Of a DNA stretch of 64,000 bases, positions 40,758 through 51,470 are shown one piece after another. This stretch comes from an uncultured Desulfatitalea sp. (GTDB taxonomy: Bacteria; Desulfobacterota; Desulfobacteria; Desulfobacterales; Desulfosarcinaceae): NCBI GenBank assembly GCA_963668675.2, contig CAXXMB010000002.1, positions 1,568,001-1,632,000 of the forward strand, given 5' to 3'. A program made the position numbers and the translations under genes. Numbering within the stretch: the stretch's first letter is position 1; each line of letters opens with the position of its first letter. The notes under the pieces were generated by a model. That model saw nothing but the letters and a program-made list of their open reading frames with translations. It did no database searches and had not been told where the DNA came from.

Positions 40758-41918
40758 CTATATGCTCCGTAAAATATCGGCCGCTTTTTCCCGGACCACT
40801 AAAACGGACGGCCAAACTGCTGCCAAAAAGCCGAACACAATGGAGAGCAGCAGGGGCAGCCACAGGGAAAAGGACGTCAGACGCGGGTAGATGATGCCCG
40901 ATATGGCAAAGTACTGGTTATGAGAGGTGAACGCGGTCAGATCGATGCCGGTCTGCGCCACTGCCGCTACGGCCAGCGCACCAGCCAAGGTGCCGGCTGC
41001 CGAAGCGACCACCGTCACCAGGGTCACCTCGGTGAAGATGAGCAGCACCGATTCGGACGGCAACACCCCCATGGCCTTCATGATCCCATGCTCCCTGATA
41101 TTCTTCAGGATAAAGACGATCAGCGCGCACGATATTCCCATGGTGACAACCCCGAAGACCAGCACCATCACAATGGTCATCGAGACAAAATTCAATTCCA
41201 CCAATTGCTCCAGGTCGGGCATGAACGCCATCCAGGGCGTCAAGCGGGAAGCATACGGCAGGTGGTCGTATGAGGCCAGCACGCTCTTTAGGTCGGCGCC
41301 GTCTTCAATGAAGATGGCAGCTGAAGTGTCGGCTTCGGAGGCCGGCAGAATATGATACGGAACGAAACCGACACCGAAGTCGAGGATAGAGATCCCTGTG
41401 CGATATATACCGCAGACACTCAGCACTGAGGCGTTATGGCCGCGCAGAAACTCGGCACTCACCTTCATGCCTACAGCGAGGCCTAATAGCCTTGCCGCCG
41501 GTTCACTCAAATAGATTTCAGCCCTGCCTTCTTCGATATAGCGGCCGCTCACGCTCTTTTTCCACAGCGCCGTGGTTTCCTTCTCTCGGGCGGGGTGAAC
41601 GCCGTAAAGCACTACCGTTTCTGAACGCTCCGCGTTCGTCAGCCGAACCGACAGCTTCTTACGAATCAACACCTGCCTGACACCGCTGGTTTGAAGACCG
41701 CCCGTTTCAACCTCTTGTGGAAGATCTTCCCCAGAGATGTGACCTGCGAACAAGCCGACTGAGTTGCGGATCATGGCGTCATTGGTGCCGACGGCCAGTG
41801 AGGAGAGAAACACCAGCGCCGCCACGGCGGTGAAGACCATCACCCCCAAAACGATGGTCGAGCGCCAGGAGCGCCACACATAGAGCAGGGCCATTTGAAT
41901 AATAATGCCGAACTTCAA
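40758..41918 (-). CDS. ABC transporter permease (LolC/E, FtsX-like)
   Basis: TM, periplasmic domain, REHGIMKAMG, three C-terminal TMs. Confidence 0.88.
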   Translation of the reverse strand: MKFGIIIQMALLYVWRSWRSTIVLGVMVFTAVAALVFLSSLAVGTNDAMIRNSVGLFAGHISGEDLPQEVETGGLQTSGVRQVLIRKKLSVRLTNAERSETVVLYGVHPAREKETTALWKKSVSGRYIEEGRAEIYLSEPAARLLGLAVGMKVSAEFLRGHNASVLSVCGIYRTGISILDFGVGFVPYHILPASEADTSAAIFIEDGADLKSVLASYDHLPYASRLTPWMAFMPDLEQLVELNFVSMTIVMVLVFGVVTMGISCALIVFILKNIREHGIMKAMGVLPSESVLLIFTEVTLVTVVASAAGTLAGALAVAAVAQTGIDLTAFTSHNQYFAISGIIYPRLTSFSLWLPLLLSIVFGFLAAVWPSVLVVREKAADILRSI

Positions 41919-42964
41919 ACTGAACCTCTGCGCTGTGGTACGACAAGGCGATCGGCACCGATGCGTTCAACAATGACGCCCACCGCCATATCGGCAAACA
42001 CCCGGTGCTCTTCGAGCAGCAGTTGGCCCATACCGTCATTGAGGTAGCCAATGGCCACATCGTATGCTTCCCTGTGGGTGTCGCGAAGCGCCATTTCAAG
42101 GCCCTCCGTATATTGGGAAACAGCCAACTCCGCCAGCAGATGCCTCTTCTCTTCCTCTCCCGACCACTCGACCATGGACGCAACGTAGTTGTGGCGGCTG
42201 GTTTTTACATCGCGCACCAGGTCGACCATGTCGTCCAGAATCTGGCAGCCGATGCCGATGCGATAGAGCGCGCCGGTTACCATCTCAGCCCCGACAGGCG
42301 ACGGCTGCTCGAGCACGCGGGGTACAGCCCACGGGCACTGAAACAGCAGGCCGGTCTTGTAATGGTGAACATTGGCGAGCACCGCTTCCGGTCTCAGTCG
42401 GCGGCCTTTGAAGCCGGCCTCCTCGCTGGCCTCCTGGGCGCCGCTGAGTGTCAAGGCGTGCAACGACTTTCGAACCGCTTCCCGGGCGTCGTCCAACGTG
42501 ATGCCCGGCCGAACCGCTTGCGACAACATCAGCTCGAAAAGCACCCGTTCTGATACCATGATGTCGAGAACGGATCGAAAGCGTGTGGCGGTGTCCGGCA
42601 GATCGGTCTCCAGGGTCACCTTGTACTCGTCATCCAAAAGATTGTCGCATCCGGTAACCATGCCACGCAGGCATTGGTTGACGGCGGCATAAAGAATCCG
42701 TCGTTCGGGCCGAATCCCGCACCGGAAATAGGAGTAGAGAAAAAGCGCCGAAAAGAAATTGCGCTTTAGGGAAAAGATCTCGGCCGTCGGTTCTGAAAGA
42801 TGAATGCCGCTGCCGTCCATGATATGGCCTGCGGCCTCCCAATAGCGTCGCAATCCTTCCGTCAACTCCTGTTCGAGGGCAGAGAATGGATCTTGATCCC
42901 GCCCGGCGTCGCCGGAAATGGCGGTCTTCGGTGCGGGTGTCGATTCGATGCCAGGTGCCTTCAT
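41915..42964 (-). CDS. Class I isoprenoid/terpene-synthase-fold protein
   Basis: Two aspartate-rich motifs (DNLLDDE; QILDDMVD) and a YKTG.LF motif as in prenyltransferases. Confidence 0.65.
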   Translation of the reverse strand: MKAPGIESTPAPKTAISGDAGRDQDPFSALEQELTEGLRRYWEAAGHIMDGSGIHLSEPTAEIFSLKRNFFSALFLYSYFRCGIRPERRILYAAVNQCLRGMVTGCDNLLDDEYKVTLETDLPDTATRFRSVLDIMVSERVLFELMLSQAVRPGITLDDAREAVRKSLHALTLSGAQEASEEAGFKGRRLRPEAVLANVHHYKTGLLFQCPWAVPRVLEQPSPVGAEMVTGALYRIGIGCQILDDMVDLVRDVKTSRHNYVASMVEWSGEEEKRHLLAELAVSQYTEGLEMALRDTHREAYDVAIGYLNDGMGQLLLEEHRVFADMAVGVIVERIGADRLVVPQRRGSV

Positions 42965-43614
42965 TGTTTTTCACAGTAGAACACGGCGATGTAGCCGAAG
43001 TATTCGGCCACGATTTGAGGCTCGGGAAACCCGGCTTCCGTAATCAATCCCGGTAGAACCCCCCGTGTATTTTCGGCGATCTGCGGTTGGAGAAAAAACC
43101 AGCGGGATACGTGCGACACCAACGCGCCCATCCAGGTGGTGGGGACATGCATGTCAGCAATGATCAAGCGCCCCCCCGGCTTGAGCACCCGGTAGGCCTC
43201 GGTCAAAGCGCGGGCCTTGAGATCGATTGGAACATGGTGGAAAAAAAGACTGGAGACGACCGCATCGAAGGAGTGGTCTCCAAACCCCAATGCCTCCGCG
43301 GCCATGGCTTCGAAACGGCAGCAGGCCCCTTCCCGTTTCTTCCGGGCCACCCGGATCATTTTTCCGGCGGCGTCGATCCCGACCGCCATACCGCCCGCAT
43401 CCGCATCCAGCATCTGTGCAATCCGCTCGCAGAGCACGCCGGTGCCGCAGCCCAGATCGAGCACATGTTCAGATGGTCCTGGGTTCAACAATCGCATGAT
43501 ATGACGATCATACTCGGCCTGTTTGCCAAGCAGAAAAAGGGGCTCCAAAAGATCGTACACTGAAGCGGCGTGATCCAGTGTTCTCCCTCGGGTTGGAATG
43601 GATTCTATCTTCAT
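42961..43614 (-). CDS. Class I SAM-dependent methyltransferase (UbiE-like)
   Basis: VLDLGCGTG, FDAVVSSL and RVLKPGG motifs. Confidence 0.92.
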   Translation of the reverse strand: MKIESIPTRGRTLDHAASVYDLLEPLFLLGKQAEYDRHIMRLLNPGPSEHVLDLGCGTGVLCERIAQMLDADAGGMAVGIDAAGKMIRVARKKREGACCRFEAMAAEALGFGDHSFDAVVSSLFFHHVPIDLKARALTEAYRVLKPGGRLIIADMHVPTTWMGALVSHVSRWFFLQPQIAENTRGVLPGLITEAGFPEPQIVAEYFGYIAVFYCEKQ

Positions 43615-44135
43615 TCAGTGATCCTCAGTTGCAACCATTATGGTTGAGGGCAAACTATATATCGGATGGGCAAAGTCAACTTCAGCAGCAGGCAAGTCGA
43701 AGGGTAGCATTCGGGGCAGCGTCTCTCTCCGTGGAAATGGGCCCAGGTTCCAGGACATTTTCCGTCAACGAACAGGTGGTGCCCAACGAAGATTTCAATG
43801 TGGTAACGTCCTTTTCTTGATGGTGATACTTTAGTACAAAGCGTGCTAAATTTGCAACTCTTGCGATACCCCGGCCATCGCCCCATCCAGTGGTGCGACA
43901 AATCACCAAACGGTAATAAAACCCCTTGAATTGATTGCCAGGTATAAGATACTTTACCAGTTATGCAATCCGTATATGCTCCAATCTGTGCTGACATAAC
44001 CGCTCATCCGATATCATTCCGCCACAGAAACCACCCTCCGCGATGCTGTGCTGACCGAAGTCGCTTTGATTTTTTAAATCCGCCCCGTAGCGAACAACCA
44101 CCTTTTTTTACCATTAGCCAACAGGAGGAAAACGC

Positions 44136-45785
44136 ATGGCTTCATCAAAGCATTCCATGACCGATCAGGAAAAGGCCCGCTTCAACGTCCTCAACAGGGA
44201 AAACCTGGAATTTCTCATGGACCGGTACAACCGAGTCAATCGATGGGTAATTGCAGATATGATCCGGCGCACGGCCTATCACTTCCCCCAAAAGACGGCC
44301 CTCGTCTTTGGCGACCAGCGCCTGACTTATGAACAGCTCGAAGCGGCCGCCAACCGAACGGCCAATGCGCTTTCCGCCCTGGGGGTGGCGAAGTACGACC
44401 GTGTGGCCATCCTGGCGCACAACACCCTTCATCATGTTCTGACCTGGTTGGGGTGTTGCAAAATCGGTGCAGTCTACCTTGCCATCAACTATCTGTTGCG
44501 CGGCCCGGATGTCCGATATTGCATCAACCACTCGGAGAGCAAGGTGTTCATCATCGAAGATGCCCTCTATCCGATTGTGGAAAACGATCTGGCCGAAATG
44601 TCGACGGCGAAAACACTCATCTGGTCCGATCAAGGCAGCGGACAGCCACCGGCAGACGATCGCTTCCTGGCATTCGACAGCTGGATGGATGCGGCCCCAA
44701 GCACGGAACCCGATGTGATCCTGCACATCGAAGACCCCTGCCAGATGACTTACACCAGCGGCACCGAGTCGCTTCCCAAGGGGGTCATCATCAGCAATCA
44801 GGCACTCATGGCGCAATACATGGGGGCTGTCATCGACGGCGGCTACGAAAGCACGGACATCAATGTGAATGCCCTTCCCATCTACCATTGCGCCCAGAGG
44901 GATGTCTTTTTGAACCCCATCTTCTGGGTAGGTGGCACCAATATCCTCATGGCGCCGGACATCGGCGCGATCCTGAAAACCATCGACCAATACCGCGCCA
45001 ATATGTTCTTTGCGCCGCCGACGGTGTGGATCGGCATTCTGCGCCATCCCGATTTCGACAAATACGATCTCTCCTGCCTGACCAAGTGCTATTATGGCGC
45101 CTCGATCATGCCCGTAGAAGTGCTCAAAGAGCTCATGGAGAGACTGCCCGGCTGCAAGGTCTACAACTACTACGGACAGACCGAGCTGGCGCCCTACCAC
45201 ACCATTTTAAAGGCCGAAGACGCCATGGCAAAACTGGGCTCGGCCGGCATGGGGGGGCTGAATATGCAGACCCGCCTCGAAGATGACGATTTCGAGCCGG
45301 TCGATGAGGCCGGCATCCCCGGCGAGATCTGCGGTAAAGGGCCCCATGCCATGATCATGTACTTCAAGGACCCCGAAAAGACCGACGCCGCCATGCACGG
45401 TGGCTGGTTTCACTCCGGTGATATCGGCGTCATGGATGAAGATCGCTACATCACGGTTGTGGACCGCAAAAAAGACATGATCAAAACCGGTGGAGAGAAT
45501 GTCTCCACGCGCGAAGTGGAGGAGGCGATCTACCTGGACAAACGGGTCGAGGAGGTCGCCGTGATCGGCACCCCCCATCCCAAGTGGGTGGAGGCGGTAA
45601 CGGCAGTCGTGGTGCCGCGCAAGGGCGAAACCATCACCGAAACCGAAATCATCGAGCTGTGCAAGAAAGAGCTGGCCGGCTTTAAAGTCCCCAAGACGGT
45701 GGTGTTCGTCGAGGCGTTGCCCAAGACGCCCACCGGCAAAATCCTGAAACGGGAGATGCGAAAAACCTATGGCAAACGGAAGTAG
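44136..45785 (+). CDS. Acyl-CoA synthetase (AMP-forming)
   Basis: YTSGTESLPKG, YGQTE, FHSGD, DRKKD and PKTPTGK motifs. Confidence 0.95.
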   Translation: MASSKHSMTDQEKARFNVLNRENLEFLMDRYNRVNRWVIADMIRRTAYHFPQKTALVFGDQRLTYEQLEAAANRTANALSALGVAKYDRVAILAHNTLHHVLTWLGCCKIGAVYLAINYLLRGPDVRYCINHSESKVFIIEDALYPIVENDLAEMSTAKTLIWSDQGSGQPPADDRFLAFDSWMDAAPSTEPDVILHIEDPCQMTYTSGTESLPKGVIISNQALMAQYMGAVIDGGYESTDINVNALPIYHCAQRDVFLNPIFWVGGTNILMAPDIGAILKTIDQYRANMFFAPPTVWIGILRHPDFDKYDLSCLTKCYYGASIMPVEVLKELMERLPGCKVYNYYGQTELAPYHTILKAEDAMAKLGSAGMGGLNMQTRLEDDDFEPVDEAGIPGEICGKGPHAMIMYFKDPEKTDAAMHGGWFHSGDIGVMDEDRYITVVDRKKDMIKTGGENVSTREVEEAIYLDKRVEEVAVIGTPHPKWVEAVTAVVVPRKGETITETEIIELCKKELAGFKVPKTVVFVEALPKTPTGKILKREMRKTYGKRK

Positions 45786-45794
45786 ATAAGAATT

Positions 45795-46385
45795 ATGAAA
45801 ATCATCGATTCGACCATCGTAAACAAAATCAAATTCGTCACCCTCTTTGCCGTCTCCTATCTCGACCGAAAAGGCAACACCCGACGCTGGCACATGGTCA
45901 GCCGTGGCGACCAGCCCAAATGCATCTCAGGAAAGATCCAGCGGCCCGATGCGGCCATCATTGTTCCCTACCATCGCAACGAAAATAAGTTGGTCGTCAT
46001 TAAAGAGTTTCGAATCCCCGTAGGGGGCTACCAATACGGTTTCCCTGCCGGTCTTCTCGACCCTGGTGAAAATCTTGCCGTCACCGCAGGCAGGGAACTT
46101 TTAGAAGAGACCGGACTGAACCTGACGAAAATCTACCGCCATAGCCCTGCCATTTTCTCTTCTGCCGGAATAACGGACGAGTCGATCTCCATGGTTTTTG
46201 CCGAAGTCGAGGGAACGCCCAGCCTGAAAAACAACCAGGATTCAGAGGAGATAGAAGTCTTCTTGCTGAGTCGGCAGCAGGTGAAAGAACTTCTGGATCG
46301 CAGCGGCACTGTTTTCGGTGCCAGGGCCTGGCTTGCCATGGATGCTTTTGTGCGGATGGGCAGTGACTATTTGATGGGAAACTGA
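45795..46385 (+). CDS. NUDIX hydrolase (ADP-ribose pyrophosphatase-like)
   Basis: PAGLLDPGE....AGRELLEETG Nudix box. Confidence 0.92.
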   Translation: MKIIDSTIVNKIKFVTLFAVSYLDRKGNTRRWHMVSRGDQPKCISGKIQRPDAAIIVPYHRNENKLVVIKEFRIPVGGYQYGFPAGLLDPGENLAVTAGRELLEETGLNLTKIYRHSPAIFSSAGITDESISMVFAEVEGTPSLKNNQDSEEIEVFLLSRQQVKELLDRSGTVFGARAWLAMDAFVRMGSDYLMGN

Positions 46386-46440
46386 AGCACAAAGGATTTA
46401 AGACATTCCCCCATCTCCAAAAAGCAACCGGGACAAGCCC

Positions 46441-47415
46441 ATGAGCCCCAAACAACCCGCCGCTCCTGTTTCCGGCCCCACTCCGGACAACGCTGCTTTT
46501 GGCGCTGTTGCCGGCATCGTTGCGTTCACTATTTGGGCGCTTTTCCCTATCTATTTCAACCAGTTCGGCCCTATCGTCTCCGCCTGGGAGATTCTGCTGC
46601 ATCGCATGATATGGGCAGGCGTAACGCTGTTCGCATGTGTCCTGCTTTCCAACAGGCTGGGACGGGTTGCAGCCCTGTTTCGACGGCCCGGGGTAGTGCT
46701 GGCCTTGGCCTGCAGCGCACTGGCAATAGCAGGCAACTGGGCCACCTTCATCTGGGCTGTCACCCACGCGGAGATCCTGCAGAGCAGCCTTGGCTACTAT
46801 ATCAACCCGTTGCTCTATGTTTTCCTGGGTTACTGCTTCCTCGGCGAACGGCTAACGCCGCTGCAGCGCCTGGCCGTGGCGATCGCAGGCTGTGGCGTCA
46901 TCGTCTCCCTGATCGGATATGGTGAAATCCCATGGCTGGCCCTGCTCTTGGCCGCATTCTTCAGCCTCTATGGGCTGATTCGCAAGCAGGTCGATATCGA
47001 CAGCGTCACCGGTTTGTTGATGGAGATGATGTTGTTGTTTCCAATCGCCATGGTATGGCTGCTGACCCTGCACCTGCGAGGGGAGACCGTTTTTATGCAG
47101 GCCGGCCTTCGTATCGACCTTCTGTTGATCGGTGCGGGCATCATCACCCTGCTGCCATTGCTCTTCTTCGCTGTCGCAGCCAGACGATTGAAGTTGGCCA
47201 CACTCGGACTGCTGCAATATATTGCCCCGACCGGCCACTTCCTGATCAGCGTATTCCTCTACGGGGAGGCCTTTACCGCAGCCGACGCGGTTACCTTCGG
47301 CTGCATCTGGGTCGGTTTAACCATCTATACTACCGACATGTGGCATCAACATCGCATTGCTGAGCAATTGAGACAAACAGGTATAGCTCGTCAACAACGT
47401 CCCCCTAATACTTGA
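46441..47415 (+). CDS. rarD: EamA family transporter RarD
   Basis: EILLHR.IW, NW.TFIWAV, SLGYYINPL, YGLIRK and GLLQYIAPT motifs. Confidence 0.92.
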   Translation: MSPKQPAAPVSGPTPDNAAFGAVAGIVAFTIWALFPIYFNQFGPIVSAWEILLHRMIWAGVTLFACVLLSNRLGRVAALFRRPGVVLALACSALAIAGNWATFIWAVTHAEILQSSLGYYINPLLYVFLGYCFLGERLTPLQRLAVAIAGCGVIVSLIGYGEIPWLALLLAAFFSLYGLIRKQVDIDSVTGLLMEMMLLFPIAMVWLLTLHLRGETVFMQAGLRIDLLLIGAGIITLLPLLFFAVAARRLKLATLGLLQYIAPTGHFLISVFLYGEAFTAADAVTFGCIWVGLTIYTTDMWHQHRIAEQLRQTGIARQQRPPNT

Positions 47416-47496
47416 AATGGGGTGACCTTTGATGGTAAAAATCCGGCTCGATTCCATAAAAACCGTGCTGGTGACGATAATTGTCTCGGAGCAGAT

Positions 47497-49737
47497 ATGC
47501 AACCATTTGATCGACATAATGCAGAAGCAGGAAATTATCTCAATCTACTGTCCGCCCTGCCCCACTCAAATGCCGTGTTCCGGGTGGCCGATGGGTGTCT
47601 GTTGGCGGCCAACGCGCATTTCTGTAATGAACTGAAATTACCGGAAGAAGAGATCAAACAGATCGTGGGTCACTGGTTCGGCGATACGACGAAAGAGCAA
47701 AACCCCTTTCGTGTGCGCATCATCGACCAATCCATCGCCCATTTAGAATCGCCAAGCGGTATTCGAGCCATCGTTGAAGCCGATGTGCAGCCGGTTGAGC
47801 TTAGCGGGCAGAAGTGCTGGTTGGTCACTTCCGCGATGGAGACCGGACAACACACGCCGGAACAAACCGGTTTTGAGACCGGTCACTACCGTTCGCTGAT
47901 CGAAAATCTGAATGAAATCATCTACACGACCGATCGAAATGCAATGGTAAAATATGTCAGCCCGAACATCTACCGCCTGACCGGGTATGAAGCGCATGAA
48001 GTGATTGGGAAAAACTTCACTGAATTCGTCCATCCCAGCGATCTTGAGGGCCGAATCGAGATGTTCCTCAAAATTTTAGGCGGAGCGGAACAGATCACCG
48101 AATACAGGATGATTACCAAGTCGGGTGAGATTAAATGGGCCCGTACCAACGCGCGCCCCATCCTGCGCGATGGTGAGGTTGTGGGGATTCAAGGTGCGCT
48201 CGTGGATATTTCGGATCGAAAAGAGATCGAAGAGGCGCTCAGACGATCCGAGGAGAAATACCGCATCCTGGTCGAGAACTCAAAGGATGCTATCTTTGTG
48301 GTCCAGGGCGACCACCTGAAATTCATGAATCCCAGCGCGTCGGACATTTTGGGCTACACGTGCGAAAGCATTGCCGACCGACCTTTTTTGGAATTTGTTC
48401 ATGCGGATGACCGCGAGATGATCATCAATCGGAACCGCCAGCGCCTGGACGGCGAGAGCCTCTTGGACAGCATCAGCTTCCGCATCATCAACAGGCTGGG
48501 CGATATCAGGGATGTGGAGCTAAACGCGGTATTGATCACCTGGGAGGGAAACCCGGCGGTTCTCAGTTTTTTAAGGGATGTCACCCTTCAAAAAAGAATG
48601 GAGGGCCAACTGCGCAACGCCCAAAAAATGGAAGCCCTGGGAACCCTCTCCGGCGGTATCGCCCACAATTTCAACAACCTGCTTATGGGGATCAACGGCA
48701 ACGCATCGCTCTCCCTGGCCGACTTGGCCTCGTCGACCATCGCATACAAGCATCTGGAAAAAATTATCAGCCTGGTTCAAAGCGGTTCGAAGCTCACCCG
48801 CCAGCTCCTCGAGTACGCCCGCGGCGGGGCCTGCGAAATGAGCACGGTGAACATCAACCAGTTGGTCAAAGATGCATCTGAAACCCTGGGCGCCACCAAA
48901 AAGCATATTCAGATCCGATTCAATCTGTCCAATGGGGTGCCCTGCATCAAGGCGGATCAGGGGCAGATTGAACAGGTCCTGTTGAACCTGTTGCTCAACT
49001 CTGCCGACGCTATGCCCGACGGGGGGGATGTTTTCATCGAAACCGCCTGCCTTAAAGGAGCCCAGGCCGAAGGTAAGGTCACCCTCTCCAAAAACATGGA
49101 CTACGTTTTGATAAAAGTATCCGACCAAGGTACAGGCATCCCCAAACCGATCCTTGAGCGCATCTTCGAGCCCTTCTTTACCACCAAGGGGATGGGGCGG
49201 GGAACCGGACTGGGCCTCTCCACCGCTTATGGCATCGTGAAAAACCATGACGGCGACATTTGTGCCCAATCTGAAGTCAACAAGGGAACCACCTTCTTCA
49301 TCTACCTGCCGGCCCTTTCAGCAGACGACAAGAACCCGGTGGCAACCCTCGACGCACGAGAGGTTGCAGGCCACGAAACCATCCTGTTGGTCGACGACGA
49401 ACCCACCGTGCTCGACCCCAGTGCAACACTGCTCGAACATCTGGGATTTACGGTATTCAAAGCCCTCAACGGGTCGGAGGCCATGGAGATATTTCAAAAG
49501 GATTGGGAGCGGATCGACCTGGTGATAATGGACTTGATCCTGCCCAGCATGAGCGGCAAGGATCTCTATTACAAGCTCAAGGAGATAAATCCCCAGGTCA
49601 AGGTGTTGATCTCCAGCGGATTCAGCCAGGACGGCCAGGCCGAGGAGCTGATCGCGGCCGGCTGCCTGGGCTTCATCCAGAAGCCATACAATATCACCGA
49701 GCTGTCAACGACCATGATGGAGATCCTATCCCCATAG
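47497..49737 (+). CDS. Cytoplasmic PAS hybrid histidine kinase/receiver
   Basis: PAS domains, [21 protein letters not shown], receiver LVDDE..MDLILP. Confidence 0.94.
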   Translation: MQPFDRHNAEAGNYLNLLSALPHSNAVFRVADGCLLAANAHFCNELKLPEEEIKQIVGHWFGDTTKEQNPFRVRIIDQSIAHLESPSGIRAIVEADVQPVELSGQKCWLVTSAMETGQHTPEQTGFETGHYRSLIENLNEIIYTTDRNAMVKYVSPNIYRLTGYEAHEVIGKNFTEFVHPSDLEGRIEMFLKILGGAEQITEYRMITKSGEIKWARTNARPILRDGEVVGIQGALVDISDRKEIEEALRRSEEKYRILVENSKDAIFVVQGDHLKFMNPSASDILGYTCESIADRPFLEFVHADDREMIINRNRQRLDGESLLDSISFRIINRLGDIRDVELNAVLITWEGNPAVLSFLRDVTLQKRMEGQLRNAQKMEALGTLSGGIAHNFNNLLMGINGNASLSLADLASSTIAYKHLEKIISLVQSGSKLTRQLLEYARGGACEMSTVNINQLVKDASETLGATKKHIQIRFNLSNGVPCIKADQGQIEQVLLNLLLNSADAMPDGGDVFIETACLKGAQAEGKVTLSKNMDYVLIKVSDQGTGIPKPILERIFEPFFTTKGMGRGTGLGLSTAYGIVKNHDGDICAQSEVNKGTTFFIYLPALSADDKNPVATLDAREVAGHETILLVDDEPTVLDPSATLLEHLGFTVFKALNGSEAMEIFQKDWERIDLVIMDLILPSMSGKDLYYKLKEINPQVKVLISSGFSQDGQAEELIAAGCLGFIQKPYNITELSTTMMEILSP

Positions 49738-49863
49738 CCCCTCCCCAAACCGTCGCAAACCGATGGACAGGTGACAATCTAAACTTGTTTTCGGGCCTTG
49801 GTTGGATTAAAGCCAAGCCTGACCGATAGATACCATACCTTCAAAAAAGGGGGACCATAGAAG

Positions 49864-50235
49864 ATGGCCGTTATCACAAGATTCATCGTTGTCCGAAATG
49901 GGATTGAACTCGACAAGGTGTTTGACGAAAAAAAGCTGGCCGAAGCGTATGATAAGATGCTCGATGCGGCAGAGAATCTGGCGGCCTTCATCAAACAGGG
50001 CGACCATAAGATCGATCTCGACCCTAAAACGGTCGATGATATCGCCATCTACCTGGCCAAAAACGCCCCTGAAGTGACGACGATTCTGAAAGGCATAAAA
50101 CCGATAACACCAGCGGCACCGAAAGCCGATCCATCCGAAAATCCCACCGATACGACAGCTCCCGCAGATACGACACCCATAGACAATAGAAAGGCCCCTG
50201 GCAAAAAAACCGGATCCAAGAAAAAAGAAAAATAG
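49864..50235 (+). CDS. YebG family protein with low-complexity C-terminal tail
   Basis: MAVITRFIVVRNG...KK.AEAYDKMLD.A..L....IAIYLA matches the YebG pattern. Confidence 0.75.
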   Translation: MAVITRFIVVRNGIELDKVFDEKKLAEAYDKMLDAAENLAAFIKQGDHKIDLDPKTVDDIAIYLAKNAPEVTTILKGIKPITPAAPKADPSENPTDTTAPADTTPIDNRKAPGKKTGSKKKEK

Positions 50236-50244
50236 CCAGGATTA

Positions 50245-50439
50245 ATGCCAACGATCTCCAAAAAAGAAGCCGACGCATACGATAGAGTGCTCGATGCGGC
50301 CGCCGATCTCACAGATCTTATCGAGGAGGGAAAGATCGAGATGGACGAGTCCGTCCTTGAAGAGCTGACCATATTTCTTGCCAGCAATGCCCATGAGATA
50401 AAAACGATTTTAAAAAATTTGAAGTACCGCTGGCCATGA
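50245..50439 (+). CDS. Short YebG family paralogue
   Basis: SKKEADAYDRVLDAAADL...LTIFLASN...TILK aligns by eye with the upstream gene. Confidence 0.7.
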   Translation: MPTISKKEADAYDRVLDAAADLTDLIEEGKIEMDESVLEELTIFLASNAHEIKTILKNLKYRWP

Positions 50440-50494
50440 ACGGTCCGCTGGCTGGCCGCACCTGCCATGCGCCCCTGTAGGCCCCAATCAAAAT

Positions 50495-50542
50495 AAAACA
50501 GTGTTTTCTATATTGACAAATAATAAAACATTGTTTTAATCT
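50495..50542 (+). promoter_or_regulatory. Two AAAACAnTGTTTT operators flanking a TTGACA -35 box
   Basis: AAAACAGTGTTTT at 50495-50507, TAAAACATTGTTTTA at 50524-50538, TTGACA at 50513, TAATCT at 50537. Confidence 0.78.
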
Positions 50543-50591
50543 AATGTGTCTCCATCTTCCGCTCTAATCAACAGTTTCAATCGGGTGACAT

Positions 50592-51461
50592 ATGAACATA
50601 GGATCCCACCATGTCGGTACACCCTTAAAGACCTTCCATACAACCGTTTTTCAACGCGACACGATGAACTTCGCCGCTGCCATCGCAGACGCCAACCCGA
50701 TCTACTTCAATGACGAAAGAGACGGAGGGCTTGTCGCTCATCCCATGCACAGCGTTGCTGCCACCTGGCCTCTTCTGGAAAAGATCGACACCTATATCGA
50801 TTGGGAGGACTTTCCCCGCGACATATTGGCAACACAGGTCCACTACAGCGAGCATTTGATATTGCATCGATTGATGGTTCCCGGGGATCGATTGAAGATA
50901 GAGGGAAAGATCGCAGCAATCATCCCCCATCGGGCCGGCACCCACATGATCACATGCCTGTCGGCGTATGACGCCCACGGCGAGCCGGTTTTCACGGAAT
51001 ATGTCGGCGCACTGATGCGCGGCGTCACCTGCACCGACCAGGGCCGGGGAGCAGACACCCTGCCGGACGTGCCGACGGTAAAGGCCGGCCCCCCTTTCTC
51101 ATGGGAGCGACCCATTCCGATAGACCCTTTGCTGAGCTACGTTTACGATGGCTGCACCCGAATCCATTTTCCCATTCACACCTCCCGACAGTTTGCCCGT
51201 CAGGTCGGTCTGCCGGATATCATTCTCCAGGGGACGGCCACGCTTGCGCTTGCCGTTAAAGAGATCGCAAACCGTGAAGCGGCCGCCGCCCCGCAGCGGA
51301 TCAGCGCCATCTCCTGCCGGTTTACGGGAATGGTGAGGCCGGGTGAAACGATCATTCTGCAGGTGAATGGCCGCGACCGCAGCGGCAATGTTCTCTTTCA
51401 AGTGATGAACAGCCAAGGCCGGTTGGCCATCAGTAAAGGCCATATCCAACTTGAAGTATAG
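50592..51461 (+). CDS. MaoC-like double hot-dog dehydratase
   Basis: FAAAIADANPIY, VH..EH, PIH...A...GLPDIILQG and RFTGMVRPG motifs. Confidence 0.87.
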   Translation: MNIGSHHVGTPLKTFHTTVFQRDTMNFAAAIADANPIYFNDERDGGLVAHPMHSVAATWPLLEKIDTYIDWEDFPRDILATQVHYSEHLILHRLMVPGDRLKIEGKIAAIIPHRAGTHMITCLSAYDAHGEPVFTEYVGALMRGVTCTDQGRGADTLPDVPTVKAGPPFSWERPIPIDPLLSYVYDGCTRIHFPIHTSRQFARQVGLPDIILQGTATLALAVKEIANREAAAAPQRISAISCRFTGMVRPGETIILQVNGRDRSGNVLFQVMNSQGRLAISKGHIQLEV

Positions 51462-51470
51462 GAGGGTCCC

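Noticed and set aside
43638..43997. 119-aa Cys-containing ORF as a real gene or cytochrome
   Set aside because: CPECY is not CxxCH, and there is no signal peptide or recognisable domain.
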